A stretch of 60,229 nt of DNA, counting the filler, from Platydemus manokwari (Eukaryota), in NCBI GenBank assembly GCA_037951405.1. It is 6 parts of 6 records of this genome, joined end to end, with 100 filler letters (N's around TTAATTAATTAA, not from the genome) between each part and the next. Parts side by side here need not be neighbours in the genome. Positions count along the whole stretch, not along the records: positions 1 to 11,422 come from JBBMOY010685541.1; positions 11,523 to 20,508 come from JBBMOY011319316.1; 4 more parts are not named here. One strand, written 5' to 3'. Made by a program: the position numbers and the translations under genes. This document shows positions 1 through 13,675 of the stretch, in pieces. Positions within the stretch are counted from its first letter, which is position 1; every line of letters starts with the position of its first letter. The notes beneath the pieces are model-generated. The model was given only the letters and a program-made list of their open reading frames with translations, did not search any database and was not told where the DNA came from.

Positions 1-3000
1 TTCTTTAACATGCAGATCCCTTAATATCTCCAAACAAGAAATATATGACTTATACCACTTTCATAATCAAGGGCACATATATAGATATATTGGTGATATT
101 ATTTGCTGATTAAAACACACACAGCACACATACACTTATATATAACAAGTTCAATTTGCTGGTTTTGTACATAAAGTTAGAATTCAAATTCTGAACACAG
201 ATACGTAAATTAGATCTAAGTGAGTGTGTTCCACTGAGTATGTTGTATTTGAAAAGTTTGCTAATTCGTTATGGAAATAACAGCGATTGAATGTATATCA
301 TGACGTGTGGATGACATGTCAATAAATTGTTGTAAAACTTATGGGCGTATGTAATGTTGTGTATCAGAGAAAGGTTTGGATGTCTAATATTCTAAAAATA
401 ATTAGACAGTTATAATTCTTTAGAAATGTTTGAAAAATTTTTCCTAATTAATCAATGATATATCTCATTTTTGTCTTTAGTTTTAGTTTCTGACAGTTAT
501 TATGGCACATATGAGAGTTATTTCTGATAAGAAAATTATAATTCTTTTGAATGTAAATTTCGTTTCCACACCAATTTTCCAAATCAAAATATGGTAACTA
601 CTCTGATAAAAACAACATGACAAATTGCATAAAATCAAAGATGATGGAGCTTATACTCATTGACAAAACACCTTTTAATTTGTGGTGAATTATGTGAAGA
701 AAATGACGTTAAATTTCGAACAGTAGTTGACACAAACTTTTATTTTTCAACATACTTTGTAAACTAAAATTAGTCATTCCAAATCTCATATTCTTTATAT
801 TTCATATGAAATATTCATTAACAATGATCTACAAGAAACATGGCTCTGATCGAAAAAATGTGCTATGACATGAGAAATAATCTGACAATCTGAAGCATTA
901 CAATATCTTCATTCATTTCTGAATCTTCAGTAAATTTAAATGATTTACATGCGGTCAGCAATTTGTTTATATACTGATTATAATAAACGCGTGTGTATTA
1001 TACTCACATATAAAGAAACTGGGACAGAATAAAGAGATAATATCAGAGTAGTAAGCTGAACAGGCTTACATACTCAATTAGATCCAATTTACATGAGTGA
1101 CCAGAAATGGAATAAAATTTTTTGTGTACCAGACTAATAAACTGAGCCTGCTGTATACGTGCATGTATACTCATCACAATTACAATGACTAAACCAGATT
1201 TGTGTCATTGAAAGAAAAGTTAATGTTAAGTCGAATTTATAAATTAATAATTCATTCATAAGTAATTCAAACACAGAGTCATTTCACTTATTTATCATTC
1301 GCGGGTTTGATACAAGTATATGTACAATTATCCCCAATCAGAATATCTTTCATGACCGGTACCCGGATAAAATACTAAAGCAATCCATCTGTAACTCACT
1401 CGTTCGATGGATGAGTTACTGTAATTACTACCATCAAGTTAATGTTAAAATATATTTAAATACGAATAACATAGGGGTGATTATAAATACAAATTTTCAC
1501 CTTCATTTAGAGGAATATTATTTGGGAACTGAGTTAAAAATTCAAAAGCCTCTCGACCAAATTTACCATAAAGTCTCAAACTTTTGCATGACGTCGGGCG
1601 AAAAGTTTCTTTTTTGAGTCGCCGCCTCTAAACGACAGAATTATTCTGTGTTTTTCGTTAAAAAAATAATGTCGTACAATTGGTACTTGGAAAAAATGGC
1701 TTTTCTCAAAAAATACTTTTGTCTCATTTCTTTCAATAGCTAAAAATAAAAATTAAAAACGATCGAATATTAATGATATTGTTTAATAAAATGATTATAT
1801 TATTATTCATTATTATAATATTGATAATAGTTATTATGTTTAAATTAATAATAATAATAATAATAATATTAATAATTGTTATTATTAATTGAACTGGAAT
1901 CTTTAGAATTTCATAGACTTCATTAAGTAACATTTTAGTGCGAGAAGTTGTACACCATTGTCACGGAAACCAATGTTTGTATACTTGATACAATCTGGTA
2001 AAATAGTTATTTGCCTAAACCATTATTTTTGTTACTTTAATATTTCTTGAATTTTTCAAATACCATTGATGTTGGAAAGGAAATAACGACCGTATAGAAT
2101 CGAACCAGATTAAGCGACGAAACAGTGATCTATTTTTATAAAATTCTCGCATGTCCTTCCTAAAGCTTATATCCCATATGATGGATCGGATAAACCGGTT
2201 TGTATGGAAACATGTAATAGGTCGAGAAAAAGGTAGAAAATAAAACACTAAATAATTCATATAGTAAGCGTTTCCTCGAATGAGGAGAATACGAAATACT
2301 TTATATCAAATCATTCCGTCACTCATAGGTCAATATGTCATTTAGAATAAAAATAAATCCAATCACAAACGTCCAATATCGTGTTTCAAGATGTTAAAAG
2401 GTGAATCGAATTGAAAAATTGGTTGACAAATTAAAACAAACAATTTATTTTATCCTTCATAATACGTAAACGTAAATTACATAGACGACCTACAAATAGT
2501 CTGGATAATAATTTGAAAATCTTCATTGAAAATAGATTTTGTGATTGAAAAGTCTACTTGAAAAAGCAAATCGATCGCATTTAATTGCCAAATAAATATT
2601 TGTTTTATTAAATGATATGATAAATAATAATAATAATATTATTTATTATAATTATTGCTTTTATCGCATGAAAGTAGCGGATGTTTGAAGGAGTCATGTT
2701 GTGTGTAATCAGTAGCCATATGGTGATATACCGAGTTGTCTATTTATACAGTGGTACGGTGATTTTATGTCTGGGAATTATAAAATTAGTCCACATAATG
2801 CTTCATATCATATAAAAATAAATTATTTTACACAATTTTTAATTTTAATTTTTAAAATTTAATTCGAATTTTTATTAATTTATTTTTAATTATTAATTTT
2901 ATTTCTAACATAAGTAATATTTTCATTATAATTATCAGCTGTGTTTTCATTGGTTTAAATCTAGCCAATGAAATCGAAAATAATCTAGAAGCCATTGTTC

Positions 3001-6000
3001 AATAAATGATTGATACTATAAATTCATTTAAATAAAAAATTTCAAATAACCATTTATGAATTTCCCATCCAAACAAAAAAGTCGTGGGAAGATATCAATA
3101 ATTTGTTGGCGATCTAAATTAGAATGGTGACATGAAAAAATCAAAGCATAAAATAATTTTTATGTATTACAATAAGGGTCGTTTTCTAATGACTTATTGC
3201 CATGAAATTCCGCATATATAATATACAAATCTTTCATGTTTTCTAATGATTTCCATGTAAGCTTGTTGTTACTCAGATTGACAAAACCCAGTACAACAAA
3301 ACTGCTCAATCCACTGACACACTCGATCTACATAAAAAAATATTTATAATAAATATTCTACAATATTGTTCAAACAAAAATAAAACTAGCCATATTATTT
3401 GATAAGTCGATTATCCATAAGTATTGGAATTTTGATATCATCTCAACATCTTTATAATTTCTATTTTTTAAAATAACTCTAGTCGACATTAAAATTTAAT
3501 GGTAAAACATTTTAATTTATCAAACACGTCAAATATTTCATATTTAAGAATATAAAAACCTTAACGATAATTAATTTTAATTTGGATTCGATCCACTGTC
3601 ATAGAAATATAAATATTAAAACACAATATAAATTTAAATAAAATTGTTGAAATAAAAATATGTACTATAACATTTTGACAGGTTTGAAAATACTGTCATA
3701 TTAAAGATTATAATATAATAGATATTTGGAACACCAAAATAAATTATTAAACTTAAAATTAGTCTAAATTATATTATTTAATATAATATATTCTTTTTAT
3801 AATTATTAAAATGGAAAATATTTTCTTTATTTCAGATTATTTATCCAAAAATTATTATTTATCAAAAATCTCTTAATTAGTTTTAAAATGAACTAATGGT
3901 CTTAATGCGGTGTAGTGAAATACATTTACATAACTATTTAAAATTCGAAAATTTCTTTCATTAAAATTGCAAACTTTTAAGTCACATAACTTGTATTTTG
4001 TGCCTAATTGTCTTTTTGCCGTCAAATAATTTTAAAACTGACGTTAAATTAATCTACTGAAATACAACCATTTAAAATTTCCTGTTATATCAATAAGCTA
4101 TACTTATGCTACATAACTTATTAGATAGTTCAACCAGTTTGTGAGAGATTGACAGGGTTTTACATAGTGTTGATAGTTTTTTAATTTTCATCAAAATCTT
4201 ATTTGATATTATATTTTTGTTTGATAACCATGTCGTGCAATCAATATGTTAAACCACTCTATTTTTAATGTTAAATTAATAGCTTTCATGTGAAATTATC
4301 ATTGGAATTTCATGATTATTTAGTAACTTTGAGTTTCGTTGTTTATTTTCATTTTTAAAAATAGCTTTATTTTTACTGATAAAATTTTTAATTTATTTTT
4401 ATTAATGAGTAAATTCCTTTTTATCCTTTTTTATTGTTCTTGTATTAATCATCTTGTATTAATATTATCAGATTGGCCAAAATTCTCTGAAAATTTCTAA
4501 ACTGATATTTCTCGGAGTTTTGTGTAAATAAACTTTCTATAACTGATTAGATCCAGCCAAAATGAAATCGTTATATCGTATATTTAACACGAAAATTTAT
4601 AATTATAAAATATTGTTACTCTTCCCGAAGAAACTTAAAACAAATTGGTTTTGGTTCCCAGTGAAATGATATTCAAATGTCATTATTTAAGATATCTCCA
4701 GAGGTTGCTTGATTGATGATATTCATCTGCTTATCTCAAATATTTTTTATTAAAAATACGGTTTAATAATATTTCGAAATAAATAAAAAAATCATTTTAA
4801 TCTGTCCTCATAGACCATTCAATATTCGATTCCAATTATTTTAATAGTCCATCTATTAATTTATTTACAAAATTCTCTTTCAATTTCCGTCTTATTAATT
4901 TCGGTTTCTGTATAATTTCGAGAGAATAGTAATTAAAAATATCCATTCATTCAATTAATTGAATTCAATTAATTAATTAAAAACTGAGTGATATATCTGT
5001 TGGTGTATATTTAATCCTTCAGTTGCTTTATTTGTGCCTGCTCTTCACAGTTCGTAATCAAAATGACAGACATCAGAAATTTCTTGACAACAGAAAATTA
5101 TCAACGTGATTATTGTCAGGAAAAATATATCTAATTTATAATTAATTAAAACATTGATTATGGAAAATCGACTAATTTATTACATATAAATTTATTCAGT
5201 CGATCAGATAACGGCAAGAGAAAAGAAATTATTGTTTTGAAAAACCGGAACTTCTTTCTTGTTCACTTCATATAATAATAGCATAAATGATGAGAATGAG
5301 CGTATAATCCATTCGTAAGTAGTATTATTTAGTTTTGTCATTACTATTATGTTTTGTCATTGTTAGAGATCAAAAGAATAAAAATTATATTTTACTATTT
5401 TTTTTTAAAAGTAGAAAATCAATCTTATTATGATTGTATGAAATAATTTCTGCAGCTAAATTTAGTTGATATTCCAACCGAATTACTGATAATTTATCGA
5501 AACAAAAATTTATCTTACGATTATTATTGTCATTCATTTTTAAAAATTCATAAAGTTAACAATTTATGATTGGTTTAAACAATTAATATGAATAACTTAT
5601 GATTTTTGGTAATTTTATATACTTTTATAATCTATGCTAAAAGAATATGGTTTGATTAAATTAATTTGTTCTAAAATAATGAACAAATAAAAATAGCAAA
5701 ATGTAATAGCCAATAAATTGCTGATGTTATGCAATGGTGAAATGCGAATCATGACATTAAACTCAATCATTGACTTGATTGAGTTTATCGATTTGGTTTA
5801 TATAGTTCTGTAATATTTTCAATTATATATCTACTTCCTAAGAGTAGCATATAATATAGATCGCTCTCAATAGTGATAAAATATTTCTACCTAAATATCT
5901 CTTGCAATTTTGATATAAAAATGTTAAAAGATCAACTTGAACTTCTTAATCAGATTTAAATTCGGTATTATCAAAGTCAATAATTTTCTAACTCGAGTGG

Positions 6001-6167
6001 AATATTCTGTCAATAATATATTCAATTCTTTAATGAGAATTTGGTTAGTAGAAACAAAGTGAAAGTAAATGCAATACATTCAGCACGACTCAAAATTTAA
6101 AGCTTTCGTTTGTACTATTATTACCAAATTATCGGAATAAAATTGAAAAAATTAAACGGATAATATA

Positions 6168-6718
6168 CCGTGCTATTCATAAGTCTCCTTCTCTAAAACT
6201 AAAATAAAACAACAGTAAGAATAAACTAAATGTGTTAAGTTACTTTAATGCCCAAAAATCACAATAATAGTAAAAAAAAATAACGGTAAATAATAAGATA
6301 TTTCATAGCAACTGTTCAAAAATGTTCACCATCTTGCTTCAAACAGAGATTGTATCGTTTCGTGAAGCTTGAATAACATTTACGGACGACTTCTTGATTG
6401 ATGCTTATTAATTCATGTGAAATTGATTGTTCAAATTCGTAGAGCATTGTATAATTGTTATGGATTGCATAAACTTGATCTTTTATATAGCTCCATAACC
6501 TAAAGTCCAATATCGTGAGATCTGGAGATCTTGTTGGTCATTCATTTGGTCTTACTTTCGCCATATTGTAATAATGCAACTGATTAATAAGAAATAAGAA
6601 ATGAATTAAGTTAATCAGTGAATAATAATTAATATCAATGAGTATAAATATGTGATTATAAATTATATTGTGTTTTGTTGTTTTATTTTAGTTTTAGAGA
6701 CGGAGACTAATCGCACGG
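6168..6718 (-). mobile_element. Internally deleted IS630-Tc1-mariner DNA transposon with ~45-bp terminal inverted repeats and a C-terminal transposase remnant
   Basis: The left end TA|CCGTGCTATTCATAAGTCTCCTTCTCTAAAACTAAAATAAAACAACA matches the reverse complement of the right end (CCGTGCGATTAGTCTCCGTCTCTAAAACTAAAATAAAACAACA). The minus strand ~6316-6545 reads E*PTRSPDLTILDFRLWSYIKDQVY...CLKQDGEHF, i.e. the WPPRSPDLTPxDFxLWG...GGHFE motif with W mutated to TGA. Confidence 0.85.
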
Positions 6719-9700
6719 TTTATTTATTTATACTTGGAAACTAAAATTACACAAATCGATCAACCAAATCGAATCAGTTAATTCTAAAATAATTGATTAA
6801 CAAATGAAAAACATTATTCGGATAAAAAACATAACAAAAAAAAGTTTTAATTTTCTCCAGATTCTATTTTAAACAAATACGAAGATAAATTTAAATTATT
6901 TGAGCTTAGTATTAATTAAATTGAGAGATGACAGAATTACAGCACGGATAAAATGTAATTAGTCTGAATTGATAATAAAATTTTTTCGATTTTTATTTAT
7001 ACTTGAGAAAAATCCACAACAGGAAAAATTAAATGGGATTGTCTATCAAGCAAACCCTAACCCTAACCAATAGAGTTGAGAGAAGGAGGAGGAGGAGAAG
7101 GAAAGAAGACTATCACAAACGGGACTCTTCATAGAGATTTTCGAGTGCAAAATTAATTCCACCAACTCTTGAAAAATACTCCATGACAAATCAAAGAGTC
7201 ACTGAAAACTCTTTTGTCCAATCTATTTTAGTAAAAAAAAATGAAATCAAAAATAATGGCAATCACACGAGAAAGAATATTTGAAAAGAAATGCCAAGAA
7301 TATTTGAAAATTTGGTTTTTTGTTCAATCTTTATGAAATCATTTTTCAGTGATAAAAATCGCATATTTTTGTTTAGATAAAATTTGAGACCATTGTTTTT
7401 GAAATCTGTTGAACAAAAGCACAAAAATGCATTACTATTTCTCACATTTGATTGCAATTTCTATTTTTTGGTCATGATATTACGTTGTAGTCATTTTGAA
7501 ATATTGCTGATAAATCAGATTGAGTAAATGTATTATGGTCTATCATCTGTCCATCATTTAACAATCAATTCATCTACTACTAAATAATTCTCAAATGTTA
7601 CTCTATTCTCACCATTTGAAAAACATCATTTTTTTTTAAAAATTTTTGTTTTAAAATGAGGTGATATTGGGTAATATTAAAGGTACAATTAAAATAAAAT
7701 CTGTCTTAACAGAAAAGAATTAACTAGATAATATTAAACGATATTTTCTCGAAACATAATTATTCAATACTGAGTGAATTATCATAATATTTTCCAAGAA
7801 TCATAATTTATGCGTTTCACAGATTTTTGAGATCCTAAATTTTTTATTAACCACAGACCCGATTGTGAGGACAGGTTTATGCAAATTGATCTCAGTCAAT
7901 GAACAGAATCACATGGTCTTGCAATTAAATCATTTGTTATGGGAAAAATTATATTCATACCGACTATTCCTTTGAATAGGAAGTGTGAGGAAATAAACTT
8001 ATATAAAACTAACATACAATGTCAACAAAAACCAACGGTCAATGGATAAGTTATCATGAGTTTGAATCCACCAATGTGCGGTTTTATTAAATCGTGAATT
8101 AGAGAGCATACACGACATAAAAATAAAGAAAAATAAAGATAGATTAATTAAACGAATCTTATGTTAAAATATTAAAAAAGAAATGTTAAAACCTAAAACA
8201 GCTAATTAGAAAAAACACCAAAAATTATTTTCATGCATTAAACTAACAAGCTACTATAATATATTTATCCATCGTTGATATCATTGATTTTTCGAATGAA
8301 AAACAGGGAAAAAATACTTTAAAAAATATTCAAAATTGCTGAAAGTCGCTATCGTTTTTAAACACGCATCGAAAACGACCTGAAGAGACACGACAATGAA
8401 TTATGTATTCAAATACAAATAAATATAATTTTATACAAATGTAAATCTTATACCAAATCGAATCTGTAAAAATTTAATTAAATCTTAACATTGTCGCGTG
8501 TTTAATAAAGGGCGCAATAAAAACAAACGGAATCGCCACGACATCAAATGATATTTTAATTACAGTTTTTCAAATAAAATAAAATTTTATAAAATTTTTA
8601 ATTCACCATAAATCCTCACAATTAACAATATCCGATGAAACTTTTCGATGGTAGCCCGGGTTTAGATAACCACTAATAAAGTTATAATATTTACATGTTT
8701 TAAGAATCGTTCAATGGAAAAATATCAACTTATAGTTGTAATTCATTATATCGAAGCCTATCATTTGCAATCACTGAAACTTAATAAATTCTCTTTTTAT
8801 TAGCTTATATATATCATCATAGCTAGTGGAGGTTAAGCATTATATTTCTGTTGGTGGAATTGTAATCGATATTACTCTCTCAGAATTTTCCAATTTCCAT
8901 TAAAAGAAGATTATTTAAATAAATCTTTGTCGAAGGAATTCCAAAATTTAAATCAATTAAAAATAATTTCTTAATCAAGTCAAAATAATCGTCACAGACC
9001 ACATAACAGGGACAACTTTAATTTAACCGTGACAAAATCGTGAAGACTATAACTGAGTAACATTTCGTTAGGTTCCTAATAAATAAATCATTCATGACTT
9101 ATTATTTATAAAATATTGACAGTAATATTCGTCAATTCTCCAGAGAATAAAGACTAAAATTAATATCGCCATTAACAGTTTGAAAACTGCTATATTTGAA
9201 TTTATTTTTCAGACTTACAAGAAGTTTAACAAAATTTCTTACAATTGATGTTACTGATTTGGAAATAATTTTACGTTTTGAAAACGTTAATTGCTGTTCA
9301 CCAAGATTCTATCAATTGAAGTTGCGATTATAAAGAAACACATTTATAAAAATGATAATGAAATCAAGATTCGAATGGTAAAATTTCCAAGTTAACTATC
9401 AGAGGTTGATATGAAGCTCATAGCGACCATAGCAATTCAAATTAAATTTTTCACACAAAAGCGATATACGTTATTAAAAACCCATAAAATAAATTTTCGA
9501 AATAAAGAACAACTCATTAAAAAAAAATCAAATTATACTGATATTTTGGAAAAATTTATTTTTAAAGGTTACGTTAAAAATGTTTACTAATAAATGTTTA
9601 AGTAGAATAATCACAAAATTAGGGTTTTCAAATCAGAGGTGAAATTAGGACACATAAAATCATAAACACTACTGTGATTAAAATCTCGAATCCAAATAAA

Positions 9701-10559
9701 CATATCCTTCACATCAGGTAATATTCTTTTCCCCTAACAACTAAGAACTTATTTTAAGCAGAACATATATTAATAAATGGGAAAATGAATTTTCGAAAAT
9801 GAAAAGGAATTGCGACTTAGAAATAAGGTCCAATAACTTGTCGTATATATTATCAATAAAATTTTAAATTTATATTATAATATGGACCGCTGTAAAATTT
9901 AAAAGACCCGCTATTTATATGATAATACAATCAACTTTTAAAAAGATTTTATTTTAATTAAGTGGAAAATTTTAATCTATTTTTGTAATTTCAAATTTAT
10001 TTAGGATAAGCTATATGAAAGAAGATCAAATCAGAAAGTTAGACATTTTTCACTTCTCGGCAAAGATTAGAAATTCAAGAATTGAAAAATATAAATTTTC
10101 GATTTAAATTTGTAAAGAAATCCTTCGACATTATTTCACTATAATTAATTTTCGAGTTTGATTTGATTTTATAATTTAATTTTTATTATATTTTTCAAGA
10201 ATTTAATGTTAACATTTAATTTTAGAGGAAAATTAATAAAAAATTGTGATTGGCTTGTTTTTTTCATAGGGCTTTATTATTCTGAACATGTCTCAGTTTT
10301 CTGGATTGATGAAGCAATTTGAATGGTTAAAAGGCGTCTATAAGATCCCAACAATGATATAAAAATAGATCTGCTTATTTATCTAAAATTAAATATTGAT
10401 TTTATCTCTATCTTGTAATTACTGTCTCTGGTGTTGCAACATTTCGGTTTCGGACAGGGAATAAAAAGCAATGGTGATATTGGCAAATATTGTAATTTAT
10501 TAAATAATTTACAAATCTTTAGTTTAATTATTATAAAAATGGTGTAATTTTGTGATGGT

Positions 10560-10740
10560 TGATTGCTAACGGTGGTCATTTGAAAGCACACTTAGACGCT
10601 TATAAGTAAAATTACAGAGGCAAAAATGTATTGTTACACAAAGTTCCTATTTTAATGACAACACTTTTCTTACATTTGTGACATCATCATATAGGATTTA
10701 CAAGAAATCTTTGTAATATCTCCGCAACCACATGTTTTAA
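10560..10740 (-). pseudogene. Possible degraded Merlin/ISXO2-like transposase N-terminal zinc-ribbon fragment
   Basis: Minus-strand pieces TCGCG...*CHKCKKSVVIKIGTLCNNTFLPL resemble the CxxC..SI(R/K)xGT.F...LPL pattern. It carries stops and a frameshift, so support is weak. Confidence 0.25.
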
Positions 10741-11422
10741 CCTGTGTATCAAACATGTTTTAAAAATTAATATATTTATTTTAATTGTCAATTGACTGAC
10801 CAAATTTCTGGCATGTTTAATAATGTCATTTTCATTTTTAAAAATTTACAGTATTCCTCATTTTTTCCAAACGAATTTTCCATTTAACCTGCTTATCAAA
10901 TAAACATTTTCTCTGAATTCTGGAAACTCTAGTTTATTAAATTTTTGATTTCAAACTACTAAATTACTGTTTCTGACAAATGAACCAAAACTTCGAAATT
11001 CTTTTAATGGTCATATTGAATTAAATTCATATAGTCTTTTGCAATGCACTCAGAAAATTAAAATTTTTATTAAATATTTTATTTATTAAATTAAATTAGC
11101 TATTTCTTGTTAATCTTTTGGTTATTGTTGTTATGGTTTTTGTTATTTTTGATCTAATTTAAGAACAGCTTATATCGTATTAAATTTCGACAAATCATAT
11201 ACCAGAAAACATGTCCTCATTGTGTTATTGACCTATTTGGAGATGATTGTTTCTGAATGTTGTTATTTTGTAATGGATTGAAAATTTGGTGAAATTTAAA
11301 TATAATTGTTGTCATTATAAATTTTAAAAGAAAATAGGCTCAATATTTAAAAAGTCACATTGGTACACTTTTTATTAACTCTGGTGCACGTTACCTTTTA
11401 ACATGTCTATATTAAGTAGAAG

Positions 11423-11522
11423 NNNNNNNNNNNNNNNNNNNNNNNNNNNNNNNNNNNNNNNNNNNNTTAATTAATTAANNNNNNNNNNNNNNNNNNNNNN
11501 NNNNNNNNNNNNNNNNNNNNNN
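11423..11522. other. Assembly spacer (44 N + TTAATTAATTAA six-frame stop linker + 44 N)
   Basis: The identical 100-bp construct recurs five times; the linker lies at 11467-11478. Confidence 0.95.
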
Positions 11523-11633
11523 ACTTTTGTGTACGTAAGATCGACTTTTCATTTGAATAACATCTCACGCGATCGACTAAAATTGGCTTCAAGATCGACG
11601 AGTCAATCGCGATCGACCGGTTGGCCATCCCTG
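11523..11633 (+). mobile_element. hAT (Buster/Charlie-like) transposon terminus
   Basis: Repeated GATCGAC subterminal motifs end in GCGATCGACCGGTTGGCCATCCCTG; the reverse complement CAGGGATGGCCAA is a typical hAT TIR. Truncated by the spacer. Confidence 0.65.
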
Positions 11634-13539
11634 AAATAAATTATGAGAAAGTTAATGAAAGATAGATTCAATAGATAAAAATAATTAATTTTTATCGAAA
11701 ATAATTGCAATAAGCAGATAGTAGTTTATGAAGATGCAATGTACATTTTATTGAGAAGAGCTGTTATTTGCAAATATTAGAACGGCAAGCAAATTAATTT
11801 ATCAGGAATTGAATAGATACAATATCTTAAATATGATAAAATACATAAGATAATCAAATAATTTTTTGAAAACTTTAATAATTCAAAACAATAGATTGAA
11901 TAAATATGGGATGACTTCATTGAATAAATTCAAGTGTATCTCGCTGGATTGATTTTCAGGAAAAACAACAAATTCAAAAGATTGCAACAATTTTCTTCTT
12001 ACCTGAACAAAAGTTGTTGATAAAGAGCTAATTAAATGTAAATTAATGATATATACTAATATCTATAATTATTAATCGTTAAAATGCTTGTTTAGATCTT
12101 TACGAATTTCAGTAAAACCATCAACCTTGCGTTATGTGATCAGTACTGTTTGTTAGAGATTGCTGTGGCGATTTATTGAAACCAATAAAGATAATGCAGT
12201 TCTTATAGGAATAGGAACTAACTTGAAAATCCAATCCCTTACTGAACGAACTTACTTATTGTTTTATATACAACAATGTGTTATATCATCTGAATGATTC
12301 GCAACAATACAGAAACACAACATTATCCGAATGTGAAGCCTGCATAACAAGAAAATTAATTAGTTTGGTATTTTGGAATATTCTTGAAAATCCTCAAACA
12401 TGCTGGCTCAGTTAGACATTTGACGTCGATAAAAATAACAAATCATATGAAATAATTTCAAACCATTCAATAATGGTATTTGATTAACAATAACCTTAAT
12501 GCGTAACTCATTCATTTTTATTCATAATTAAAGGCGGTGATAACAAAAGAGTTTTAATACGTTCCTCCGAATCATTCATCACTCTTATCGGAGATTCAAT
12601 CTCCAGGTTATATCGTTAATAATTTTTAGTTTTATTATTAATATTTCAGTAAATAATTATTTTCCATTTCAAATAATTATTGATTGTAAGGAATTTCCAA
12701 CATGTAAATGTGAACACGAACTTAATTTTTTATTTTATAAATCCTTGTTTAAATAAATCAATTTGATAATAATTTTAATAAGCAAGCAACAATAATATAC
12801 TGGAAAAATATTTGTTAGAATGTATCTATTATTTAGTAGTTCTAAGTACACAATCTAAATATACAATGAAGTTAAATTAATTCTGTTCTTAAAGATAATA
12901 TATTATACTGTATTTAGTTGGCTTGATTAACAATATAAAAATAAAGTAGTTATGTTCATGTAGATCTAGATTTAACTAATTATTTCAAATTTTAACCAAC
13001 ACCACTTTAAAATATAATGGCAAAATTAATGGCTTTTTGAAATCGTTTTTTTGAAAATACTAAATTATTATTTATTGATTTTCTTAAATAATCCATTTAT
13101 AAAATTCTAAATAATGCCATTGAGATTGTTTATTTTATTTAAGTAAAAATAATTTAATAAATGACGATATTTCTCTAAAATTATCAAAGAAATAAAACAC
13201 GAACATTAAATTTCATTGAATTGTTATCAAATCTGGAGTTTGTAAAATTGCAGGGATGTTTTGAACTTTTCTCAATTTTAAAATTTTAAATGGGATTTAT
13301 TATCAAACCAAAGGTTTTTGTGTAATTGTTTATTATTATATTAAATAAACATATTCCAATAAAGAATTGTTTTTGTAAGCCGCAAAAGATAGCAATTTCG
13401 ACATATTTGTGTCATTAATATAGGATTGGAACAATTGCCTTTGCCGATAGAAAACAATATTTATTTAACCAATAAAGACAATATGTTAATTGGAAATGTA
13501 AACAATATAAATATTCGAGAAAACCAGCGCCGGAAACAG

Positions 13540-13675
13540 TTTTGAAAAGTTCCATTTGCTTCAAGAAAACGCTCGACCGCTTGTTTAACTCAAAAACAAG
13601 CGTGATGATATCGGTTTTACCGTATCCTCCATACTCCCCAGACCTTTCCCCTCGATACTATTACCTGTTTATTTA
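13540..13675 (+). mobile_element. Mariner transposase remnant
   Basis: HLLQENARPLV (HDNARPH motif, QEN at 13562) and PYPPYSPDLSPRYYYLF (YSPDLAPxDYxLF motif) at 13620 lie in different frames and too close together, indicating deletion and frameshift. Confidence 0.75.

Noticed and set aside
1384-1419. H-type pseudoknot (TCCATC/GATGGA and GTAACTCA/TGAGTTAC)
   Set aside because: A zero-length third loop makes simultaneous pairing implausible, and there is no ORF or slippery site context.
1733-1933. Short Ile/Asn-rich ORF, and most other 60-120 aa ORFs in the track
   Set aside because: They are translations of low-complexity AT-rich sequence, or antisense and alternative frames of real genes, with no recognisable motifs.
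7053-7068. Telomere (CCCTAA)n
   Set aside because: There are only about 2.5 units in an internal position, which is compatible with chance.
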